Assembly: GCA_963746715.1 (NCBI GenBank)
Contig: CAVVCW010000015.1
Location: 852,429 to 916,428, forward strand
Length of the DNA stretch: 64,000 nt
From: an uncultured Alphaproteobacteria bacterium
GTDB taxonomy: Bacteria > Pseudomonadota > Alphaproteobacteria > Rhizobiales > Xanthobacteraceae
Direction: 5' to 3'
Under the pieces are notes generated by a model, which was not told where the DNA came from, did no database searches, and was given only the letters and a program-made list of their open reading frames with translations. Shown here piece by piece: positions 40,475-48,612 of this stretch. Within the stretch, counting starts at the first letter, position 1, and each line of letters starts with the position of its first letter. A program made the translations under genes and the position numbers.

Positions 40475-40695
40475 GAAACCCCCCAAGGCAATGCGGACAA
40501 GGAAGTGCGGACAATGCCGCCGAATCGACACCGCAAAGTAGCGCGGCTTGGCGCAGTCCGCACCCTCGGCGCATCGCGTAGCTGCCGAGCGTGCCAAAAG
40601 CGGCCTTGACGACGGCTTTTCCCGGCCACTTTTGCCGCTTATGGTGCCCAGCTGCTGCTCAATTCGGCAAGCAACCGGCTTGGAGGGTATCCCCA

Positions 40696-40743
40696 ATGTC
40701 TCCCGCGATGTCTCGCGTAATGTCTCCCGCGATGTCTCGGTCT
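40696..40743 (+). repeat. 24-bp direct duplication at the very start of the GlcG-like ORF (MSPAMSRV / MSPAMSRS)
   Basis: ATGTCTCCCGCGATGTCTCGCGTA (40696-40719) is followed by ATGTCTCCCGCGATGTCTCGGTCT (40720-40743). This provides four in-frame ATGs. Confidence 0.9.
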
Positions 40744-41283
40744 CGCATACTTGCGTTGGTTTGTGCGCTGGGAGGCGTGGTCGCGATATCGGCCGGGCCA
40801 GCGCTGGCACAGCAACCCGCGCCTGCGGGGTCGCCGGCCGCCGCTTCGGTTTCGACGGCAACGCTGCCTTACGGACCGCCGGTGACGCTCGATCAGGCCA
40901 AGCGCGCCATGGCCGCCGCCGAGCTCGAAGCGATGAAGAATTCCTGGCAGGTCGCCATCGCTATTCTCGATAGCGGCGGCAACATGGTGATGTTCCACAA
41001 GATCGATAATACCCAGCTCTCGGCCAGCGAAGGCGCGGAAGGCAAGGCGCGCACGTCGCTGCAATTCAAGCGCCCGAGCAAGGCGCTCGACGACGCCATC
41101 GCCGCGGGCGGCGGCGGCATGCGGTTGTTGGCGCTCAAAGACATCACGCCGCTTGAAGGCGGCATTCCGCTGGTCGCCAACGGCGCGATCGTCGGCGCCA
41201 TCGGCGTCTCCGGCGCGCTGTCGGCGCAAGATGCGCAAGTCGCCAAGGCGGGCGCCGATACGCTCGCCAAGCCGGGGATGTAG
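40696..41283 (+). CDS. Secreted GlcG/HbpS-like (DUF336) heme-binding family protein
   Basis: ATG 40696 follows a GGAGGG SD. Signal peptide, then AIAILDSGGNMVMF ... EGGIPL ... GAIGVSG, typical of GlcG/DUF336. Confidence 0.8.
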   Translation: MSPAMSRVMSPAMSRSRILALVCALGGVVAISAGPALAQQPAPAGSPAAASVSTATLPYGPPVTLDQAKRAMAAAELEAMKNSWQVAIAILDSGGNMVMFHKIDNTQLSASEGAEGKARTSLQFKRPSKALDDAIAAGGGGMRLLALKDITPLEGGIPLVANGAIVGAIGVSGALSAQDAQVAKAGADTLAKPGM

Positions 41284-41298
41284 GCGCAGTTGCCCGTC

Positions 41299-42469
41299 TC
41301 AGGATGACGGACTGATCGCCGCTTTCATTGCCGTCGCCGCGGCCGCATAGCCGCCGCGGGCGCCGTCGACGAAATGCACGTGATCGCTGCGTAACGGCGA
41401 CGGCGTGAAGCAGGTCATCATCGCGGCGTCCTGGCGGAACAATCCATAGCGCGTGATGCCTGTCGCAGCGGCGAGCCGCTGTTCGAGCGCGTCGGCGAGT
41501 TCGGGCGTACAATCCAAAATCATGCGCAGCCCGTCGTCGTATTTGCGATAGTCGGAATTCTCCACCAGCTGCCGCATATATCGCGCTGGGACAAAAGGGC
41601 CGATCGGGCGGCCCGCGCGCATGATGAGAAAATAAAGCAACGTCCGCACCAGCACGGCGGCGCGCCGCTGCAGCCGGCCGCCGGGCGCGGTGTGCGTTTC
41701 AAGCGCCATGCCTTGCGGCGGCCAGCCAAGCTTCGGACCAAGCGCCGGCACCGGCCGCCCGGCATCGGGGCTGGCTTCGGCGAGCGCCACGATCTCTTCG
41801 GTCAGCGCGCGAAAGGCCAGGGGATCGGCGCCGGGCATGGGCAGCACGATCAGCGACAGGATCACGCCCTGCGCGGCGCGGAATTCCTCGAAGCGGCAGG
41901 ACAGGCCGGTGAGATCGGGCCAAGAGTTCTGGACCGCCGCCGGGCGGGGCGGGGGCGACGGCAAACTCGCCGCGCTTCACCGCGCCGTCGGCCCAGGCCA
42001 GCCCGCCGCCGGAAAACATCGCATAGGACAAATTCTCCGACGGCGCATAGCGCGCCACCCGCACGTCGACGCCTTGCGCGCGAACGGCGGCGAGTGGAAT
42101 CAGCGCAACGCGCAAAGTGAGACCAAGCTCGGAGCCCGCCCACGCCGCCGTCGCCGCCAGCGCCTCGCGCGCAATCTCGGCATCGCGCGGCGAAACCGCG
42201 AAGCTTGCGCCGTCACCGCCGAACACGAAGGGAAATTCGCGGCCGCCGAGCGCATTGGTCAGTGCCGCGATCACGGCGGCGCCCGCCATATTGACCGCCT
42301 TGTAACGCTTCTCGGCGATCGCCTTGGTCGACTGCACGACATCGGCAATGCCGACCGTCCAATCATCCGGCAGCGGCGTGTACTGCGCCGCGTCCATCAA
42401 GCTGCGGAATCCGCGCTGGACCGGGACTGTGGCGTAGAAGACGTCGGTGTCGTCGCCCATGCCTATCAC
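41299..42469 (-). pseudogene. DUF3095 family gene interrupted by a single frameshift
   Basis: The N-terminal ~175 aa (ORF 41699-42469, ... FVFGGDGASF ... KRGEFAV) continues in another frame (ORF 41299-41964, ... WPDLTGLSCRF ...). The frame change falls in the C/G run at about 41935-41960. Confidence 0.7.
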
Positions 42470-42545
42470 TCAATGGACCTAAAGATTGTACGGATCGGGG
42501 CCTATTGAGTTTCAATGGCGCACACTAGCAAAGAAACGGCTATTG

Positions 42546-42818
42546 TTATCCGGTGGCCAGAAACGCCTTGGCGGCAGTTCGTGTAGGAAATCGTCCAAGT
42601 TCGCAATAGCTTGCGTCGTGTTCCGCGGTCTCGGGTGACCACAGTACGACAAATTCGGCGGCCTCCTTTACGATTACTTGGGTAAGATCGTCACTGTCCG
42701 TGGGCGACATATGCCGGGCGCCGCAATGCGGACAATCGTCATCGCACGTACACGGCCACTCGTCCTGCCAGTTACGACCGCAGCGAGCACATTCGTAATA
42801 GTTACGGTACCAGGCCAT
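42546..42818 (-). CDS. Cys-rich small protein (putative zinc ribbon), unknown function
   Basis: ATG 42818 is preceded by an AAGGA SD and lies 24 nt after the DpnI-like stop. The protein carries CxxC-(14)-CxC-(3)-CxxC (CARCGRNWQDEWPCTCDDDCPHCG). GC content is below that of the flanks. Confidence 0.6.
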   Translation of the reverse strand: MAWYRNYYECARCGRNWQDEWPCTCDDDCPHCGARHMSPTDSDDLTQVIVKEAAEFVVLWSPETAEHDASYCELGRFPTRTAAKAFLATG

Positions 42819-42842
42819 AGCCAGTTCCTTACGGGGCGATGC

Positions 42843-43610
42843 CTATTTTCGTAAACGATAATATCCGGGAGAAATGAATTCTAGATATCCGCCGTCTCGT
42901 AGAAATTGAAGTTGCTGACGGATTTTCGATCTTACGTTTCGATTTCCTGGATAAAGCTCGCTGAGACGATTCTCGAATCCGTAGATGTCATCAATCCGAA
43001 ATTCTGGTTTCCCGATGGCTTCAACGCACCTCATTACCTCTATGAGCCAACCGCGAACTTCTTGATTTTGATTTCGCAGAAATAGCGTTTGCTTCCATTT
43101 CCAGAGAACTGCTTCTTTTGGCTCTGGTCGGCCAGATCTAATGAGAAATATCTTCCCGGATTCGGGAATCTGATTGAGCAAGATGTTTGAGCCGACCCAG
43201 CCGGCTCGTCGAGCCGTATCTGCCAGCGGTTTGCGCTCTTCGATTATCTCGCGGACGAAGAAGTGCTTTGGAACAACAAGAAAATTACGGACACTGCGGT
43301 CTTTCAAGTCGTAATTCAAAAGAAAGAGATTCGGATTGTTGTCTGCCGCGAGGCGCTCGCATTTTGTTTTGAAGGACCCGTCCAGCACCTTCTTTCCGAA
43401 AATGTTTTTTTGACTTTTCAACTCATATTCCTCCTTGCAGGAGGCGCAGAAAAAGTCTGCAACTGGAGCATTATTGGGAAAGGCACTGATTTTCAGACTG
43501 CCGCAATTTGGGCAGTAAACCTGATCGTGTACCCATCGCTCAGTCCAAGCACGAGCCCTTTGCGAGCCACTCGAATATGAAGCTTGGGTTTCTTCGAATC
43601 CTAGTTTCAT
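42843..43610 (-). CDS. DpnI-like methyl-directed (type IIM) restriction endonuclease
   Basis: 255 aa. Collinear, from memory, with S. pneumoniae DpnI: SQRARAWTERWV ... YCPNCG ... PVADFFCASCKEEYELKS ... ADNNPNLFLL ... RKPLADTARRAGWVGSNI ... IRQQLQFLRD. The gene is clearly AT-richer than its surroundings. Confidence 0.8.
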   Translation of the reverse strand: MKLGFEETQASYSSGSQRARAWTERWVHDQVYCPNCGSLKISAFPNNAPVADFFCASCKEEYELKSQKNIFGKKVLDGSFKTKCERLAADNNPNLFLLNYDLKDRSVRNFLVVPKHFFVREIIEERKPLADTARRAGWVGSNILLNQIPESGKIFLIRSGRPEPKEAVLWKWKQTLFLRNQNQEVRGWLIEVMRCVEAIGKPEFRIDDIYGFENRLSELYPGNRNVRSKIRQQLQFLRDGGYLEFISPGYYRLRK

Positions 43611-43641
43611 GGCGTCAAAACCGCATCGCAGCTTCGGAGTA

Positions 43642-43848
43642 TCAGCTCCACGGGCTCGACAGCCAAGCCAGCATTCCGGCATCCCACAAGGCTAAGCCCG
43701 TAACGGCTCCCGCGAGCGCGCCCCACAGCCGATGACGACGCCATAGGATGGCGCCGAGCAGGGCGCCGATCAAAAGACCGGGCGCGCCGACGAACAGCGC
43801 GACGCCAACGTAGCCGAACGGTCCAAAGTCCAGGCCGATGTCGGACAT
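43642..43848 (-). CDS. Small two-TM membrane protein (68 aa), hypothetical
   Basis: ATG 43848. Gly/Ala/Leu-rich helices (GYVGVALFVGAPGLLIGALLGAILW ... ALAGAVTGLALW). High-GC codon usage like the core genome. Confidence 0.5.
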   Translation of the reverse strand: MSDIGLDFGPFGYVGVALFVGAPGLLIGALLGAILWRRHRLWGALAGAVTGLALWDAGMLAWLSSPWS

Positions 43849-43911
43849 CGAAGCGCGATCCTGGCTGCCGCGTGACTTGGTCGCCCGCGCTGGCCTAACT
43901 CCTCTCGCCCC

Positions 43912-44058
43912 CTAGCTCTTCTTGCCCCACGTGCCAGGCTTGGCCTGGCTGTGCATGTCGGCGAACGGCGAAACCGGCGCGGCGCCGCCTTTCTTCTTGT
44001 TCTTGTCCTGCTTCGGTTTCTTCTTCTCTTTGTTGCTTCGCGCCTGACCTTTGGCCAT
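43912..44058 (-). CDS. 48-aa lysine-rich small protein (not in ORF track)
   Basis: Hand translation gives MAKGQARSNKEKKKPKQDKNKKKGGAAPVSPFADMHSQAKPGTWGKKS. ATG 44058 is preceded by a GGAGGG SD. Confidence 0.5.
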   Translation of the reverse strand: MAKGQARSNKEKKKPKQDKNKKKGGAAPVSPFADMHSQAKPGTWGKKS

Positions 44059-44150
44059 GGTGCCCTCCGAGTTTGCGGTGTGTGATTCTGTGCGAACGGC
44101 GCAATTCTAACCCATCGGCCGGGCAAAGTACGAGTGGAATGCGCGGACGC

Positions 44151-47100
44151 TCAGCGCTGGCGCGGCTTAAAACCGCCGTGCATGCCGGGGCGGCCGAGTG
44201 TCGAGCGCGGGGAATTTCTTGACGTCCCTGTCGCGCCTCCGGCGCTCCCCGCCTCTTGTCGTTTCCCAGGAATACATTCAACGCCCGGACCCATTTCGTC
44301 GAGACTCGGCTTGCGCGGCGCATTGCGTTTGTCGCCGGGCCGATGCGGCGCGACTTCGTGATAGAGCGCGATGCCCATCTCATCGAGCGCGGGTTTGTGG
44401 ACTTTGCTCCCGCTGTCGCGCTGCGCGCCGCGGCGCGACGGGCCGCCTTTGGCGCGAGAGGGTAACGCGACGATCTTCGCCGTCGGATCGTCGGTCACCG
44501 CGAGCTCGGTGGCGCGCAGGCGCTTGATCTCGTCGCGCAGTCGCGCCGCTTCCTCGAAGTCGAGATCGGATGCGGCGGCGCGCATGCGGGTTTCGAGATC
44601 GGCGAGCACCGCCTGGAAATTGTGGCCGATGGTGGCGGTATCCTCGAATTCGCCGGGCTCGCCGGCGCCGGCCGCGATCAGCACGTGGTCGCGCTCATAG
44701 ACGCTGTTGAGGATGTCGCCGATGCCCTTGCGGACGCTCTCCGGCGTAATGCCGTTCTCGATATTGTAGGCCGCCTGTTTTTCGCGGCGGCGCGCAGGTC
44801 TCCGCCATGGCGCGTTCCATCGAGCCGGTAATGTGGTCGGCATAAAGAATGACGCGGCCGTCGATATTGCGCGCGGCGCGGCCGATGGTCTGCACCAGGC
44901 TGGTCTCGCTGCGCAGAAACCCTTCCTTATCGGCGTCGAGAATGGCGACCAGCGCGCATTCCGGAATGTCGAGGCCCTCGCGGAGAAGGTTGATGCCGAC
45001 CAGCGCATCGAAGGCGCCCAAGCGGAGGTCTCGAATAATTTCTATGCGTTCGATGGTGTCGATATCCGAATGCATGTAGCGCACGCGGATGCCCTGCTCG
45101 TGCAGGTATTCGGTCAAATCCTCGGCCATGCGCTTGGTCAGCACGGTAACCAGCGAACGATAGCCTTGTTGCGCCACCTGCCGCACTTCGCCGACCAGAT
45201 CGTCGACCTGCGTGCGCGCCGGCCGCACGTCGACCGGAGGATCGATCAGGCCGGTCGGGCGGATCACCTGCTCGGTGAACACGCCGCCGGATTCGTTAAG
45301 TTCCCACGAGCTCGGCGTCGCCGAGACGGCCATCGTCTGCGGCCGCATCGCGTCCCATTCCTCGAAACGCAGCGGCCTATTGTCCATGCAAGAGGGCAGG
45401 CGGAAACCGTATTCGGCGAGCGTCGCCTTGCGCCTGAAGTCGCCGCGATACATGCCGCCGAGCTGCGGCACGGTGACGTGGCTCTCGTCGACGAAGACCA
45501 GTGCATTGTCCGGCACATATTCGAACAAAGTCGGCGGCGGCTCGCCGGGCTTCCGCCCGGTGAGATAGCGCGAATAATTCTCAATGCCGGCGCAGGCGCC
45601 GGTCGCCTCCATCATTTCGAGATCGTAGATGGTGCGCTGTTCGAGGCGCTGCGCCTCAAGGAGGCGGCCCGCGGCATTGAGCTGTTCGAGCCGCTGCCGC
45701 AACTCGAGCTTGATGCCGGAGATGGCCTGCAGCAGCGTCGGCCGCGGCGTCACATAGTGCGAATTGGCGTAGATTTTGACGAATTCGAGCTCGTCGGTCT
45801 TCTGCCCGGTGAGCGGATCGAATTCGTGGATCGATTCCACCTCGTCGCCGAACAGCGACACCCGCCAGGCGCGGTCTTCCAAATGCGCCGGAAAAATCTC
45901 GATGGCGTCGCCGCGCACCCGGAACGAGCCGCGGAAGAAATCGCCGCCGGAGCGCTTGTATTGCAGCGCCACCAAGTCGGACAGCAATTGGCGCTGATTG
46001 AGTTTCTCACCGCGCTTGATGGTGAAGGTCATGGCCGAATAGGTCTCGACCGAGCCGATACCATAGATGCAGGACACCGAGGCGACGATGACGACGTCGT
46101 CGCGTTCGAGCAGCGCCCGCGTCGCCGAGTGGCGCATGCGGTCGATCTGCTCGTTGATCGAAGAATCCTTCTCGATATAGGTGTCGGTGCGCGGAATATA
46201 GGCTTCCGGCTGGTAGTAGTCGTAATACGAGACGAAATATTCGACCGCGTTGTCGGGAAAGAAACTCCTGAACTCGCCGTAGAGCTGTGCCGCCAGCGTC
46301 TTGTTGGGCGCGAGAATGAGCGCTGGCCGTTGTGTCTGCTCGATCACCTTGGCCATGGTGAAGGTCTTGCCGGAGCCGGTGACGCCAAGCAGGACTTGTG
46401 TGCGATCGTTGCGGCGCACGCCTTCGACCAGTTCCCTGATCGCCTCCGGCTGGTCACCCTTGGGATCGAAATCGGACTTGATGACGAGCGGGCGGCCGCC
46501 TTCGGATTTTTCCGGCCGCGGCGGCCGGTGCGGCATCCAGATCTTGCCTTCGCCTTCGCGGAATTCGGCGCGGCCCTCCCGCAGCAGCGCTTCGAGCGCC
46601 TGCATCGAGGCGGTGACGCCGAGCGTTATCGGCTGCGGCGATGGGCGATGGCGTTTCTCGCGCTGGCGCTCGAAAATTTCCGCCAGCTCGTCGCGATCGT
46701 TGGTCGATGCTTGGCTCGGCTCTTCCGGCGTAGTTTCCAGAGCTTGCCCGATCAGCGGCTTGCTCGGATCGGTGCCGCCGTAACCGAGCGCCTCGGCCAA
46801 TTCCGGATCGATATCGGCCGGGCCTTTGACGGCATAACCCGATTGCGGCCGCTCGTTGAACCCTTGCTGTGTCGATTTGCGCGCCTTGTGCGCATTGGAG
46901 AAGTCGCGGCGGCGGTCAAAGGAATTGTCCGGCGGCGGCGCAAGCTTTGAGGATTCCCGGTCTTGCGGTGGGGGTGCACCCGTCTGCGAGCCGACGCCGG
47001 CGCGGCCCTGGCCGATGGCCGGGTTCAAAAGTTCCGCCAATGACGGATCGAGCGCGGGGGTTTCCGGCCGCGCCGCCTTGGCGCGGGTCGGTTTCGCCGG

Positions 47101-47151
47101 GTCTTTCTTGGAGTGCTTGGCCGGGTGTCGGGGCTCGGGGCGCTTCGCCAT
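44151..47151 (-). pseudogene. uvrB: Excinuclease ABC subunit B (uvrB), frameshifted near the 3' end in this sequence, with long N- and C-terminal extensions
   Basis: Canonical UvrB core (GDQPEAI ... [10 protein letters not shown] ... DESH ... helicase motifs ... SMERAMAET). After codon ET (about 44793-44799), the expected [17 protein letters not shown] and the UVR domain ([17 protein letters not shown]) continue in another frame (ORF 44151-45008). The total span is 3001 nt (3n+1). Confidence 0.85.
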
Positions 47152-47226
47152 GTGTCCAATATGGGTCGAGTCCCACGGCAAGAAAAGCGGGGCGACTTGT
47201 CCTGCCGCCACGGCGTTGTTCGCAGC

Positions 47227-47365
47227 GTCATTCCGGATTGGCGCGCAGCGGCAAATCCGGAATCCATAAGCCCTGCGCCGGGATTATGGATTCCGGGTTC
47301 CTCGCGGAGCCTGTCATCGGGCCGGCCACTTCGGGCCGGACCCGTTGGCTCGGCCCCGGAATGAC
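47227..47365. repeat. Nested-palindrome REP/MITE-like intergenic element
   Basis: Outer inverted repeat GTCATTCCGG (47227) / CCGGAATGAC (47356). Inner hairpin CCGGAATCCATAA-N13-TTATGGATTCCGG (47258-47296). It resembles the GTCATTCCGG ... type repeats common in Bradyrhizobiaceae intergenic DNA. Confidence 0.65.
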
Positions 47366-47374
47366 GGAGAGGTC

Positions 47375-48331
47375 CTATTCGAGCTTGATCCCGGCGCGCT
47401 GGATCACGTCGCCCCACTTCTTGAATTCCGATGCAATCAGCGCGGCGAATTCGTCCGGCGTGCCGCCGGCGACGTCGTCGCCGATCTGCGCGATCTTGCT
47501 TTTGAAGGCGTCGGATTGCAGCGCCTTGTTCGCCGCGGCGTTGAGCTTGTCGATGATCGGCTTCGGCGTGCCGGCCGGCGCGATGACGCCAGTCCAGGTC
47601 GGCGCGGCATAGCCGGGGACACCGGCTTCGGCGACGGTCGGCAGATCGGGGAAGGCCGGCGAGCGGTGCTCGCCGGTGACCGCCAGCGGCCGCACCTGGC
47701 CGGACTTGGCAAAGGGCGCGATCGAATTCAGGCTCTCGAACATCACCTGCACCCGTCCGGCCATCAGATCGCTGATCGCCGCCGCGCCGCCTTTATAGGG
47801 CACGTGAACGATGGTGGTGCCGGTCATGTATTTGAACAATTCGCCGTCGACATGGCCGGGCGAGCCGTTGCTCGACGACGCGTTGAGAAGCTTGCTGGGA
47901 TTGGCCTTAGCATAATCGATCAGCTCTTTGACGGAATGAATTTCCGTCACCGGCGACACCGCAAGCAGCATCTGCCCGCGCGTGACGACGACGATCGGCG
48001 CGAAGTCGTGCTCGACATTATAGGGCAGCGGCTCGACCAGGTGCGATGTCAGCGCCAGCGCGCCGATCGGCGCCATGCCGAGCGTGTAGCCGTCGGGCGG
48101 AGCCTTGGCGACGACGTCCATGCCCACGGTGAGCGCACCGCCCGGGCGATCGTCGACGATCACAGTCTGGCCGAGCGCATCGCTGAAGGCGGCGCCGAAA
48201 ATACGCGCCAGCGTGTCGGTGGCACTGCCCGCGGCCTGCGGCACGACGAGATGAATCGGTCGGTCGGGAAATTCAGCGGCTGCCGGGCTCGCGAAGGCAC
48301 ACATCACGAGCAGAGCGAACAAACAACGCAT
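47375..48331 (-). CDS. Bug family tripartite tricarboxylate transporter substrate-binding protein (TctC-like)
   Basis: Signal peptide, then FPDRPIHLVVPQAAGSATDTLARI ... DGYTLG, typical of Bug/TctC proteins. Confidence 0.85.
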   Translation of the reverse strand: MRCLFALLVMCAFASPAAAEFPDRPIHLVVPQAAGSATDTLARIFGAAFSDALGQTVIVDDRPGGALTVGMDVVAKAPPDGYTLGMAPIGALALTSHLVEPLPYNVEHDFAPIVVVTRGQMLLAVSPVTEIHSVKELIDYAKANPSKLLNASSSNGSPGHVDGELFKYMTGTTIVHVPYKGGAAAISDLMAGRVQVMFESLNSIAPFAKSGQVRPLAVTGEHRSPAFPDLPTVAEAGVPGYAAPTWTGVIAPAGTPKPIIDKLNAAANKALQSDAFKSKIAQIGDDVAGGTPDEFAALIASEFKKWGDVIQRAGIKLE

Positions 48332-48612
48332 ATTGGGGTTTCCTCGGTTATTTTGGTTTGTATGACGGATAGGTCAGAAGCGGCGCGACAATAGCAAGTG
48401 CAGCGCTTTCGCCAACCCGTCCGGCAACGCGAATTGCCGCATGGTTCAAATCTGTCCTGGTCTGTTGGCGAGGGAGAAGCGTGTCGAACACATGTCCTTG
48501 CGAAAAACTCCTCGTTCGACCGCGCCGCTTTGGACGCCGGGCGTGCCGCGGAAGTTCAACCGCACTGCGGGCATTGCGAGATACTGATCACATCAGGCCC
48601 GTTGGTAGGCAG

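Noticed and set aside
40475-40861. N-terminal 128 codons of the 305-aa ORF that contains the YqhA-like protein.
   Set aside because: This portion overlaps the leader and repeat of the opposite-strand GlcG-like gene; the SRETLRETSRETL string is simply the antisense of the 24-bp duplication. The UPF0114 homology starts at MRWPDG (ATG 40474).
43770-44383. Track ORFs 43770-44126 (118 aa) and 43895-44383 (162 aa) as real genes.
   Set aside because: Both are Arg/Pro-rich with no SD. They overlap the uvrB C-terminal coding frame and the better-supported 48-aa ORF that has a strong SD.
41299-47151. Programmed ribosomal frameshifting as the explanation for the split DUF3095 and uvrB genes.
   Set aside because: There is no slippery heptamer or downstream structure at either site, and the shifts occur in GC-rich runs. 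Mutation or sequencing error is the simpler explanation.
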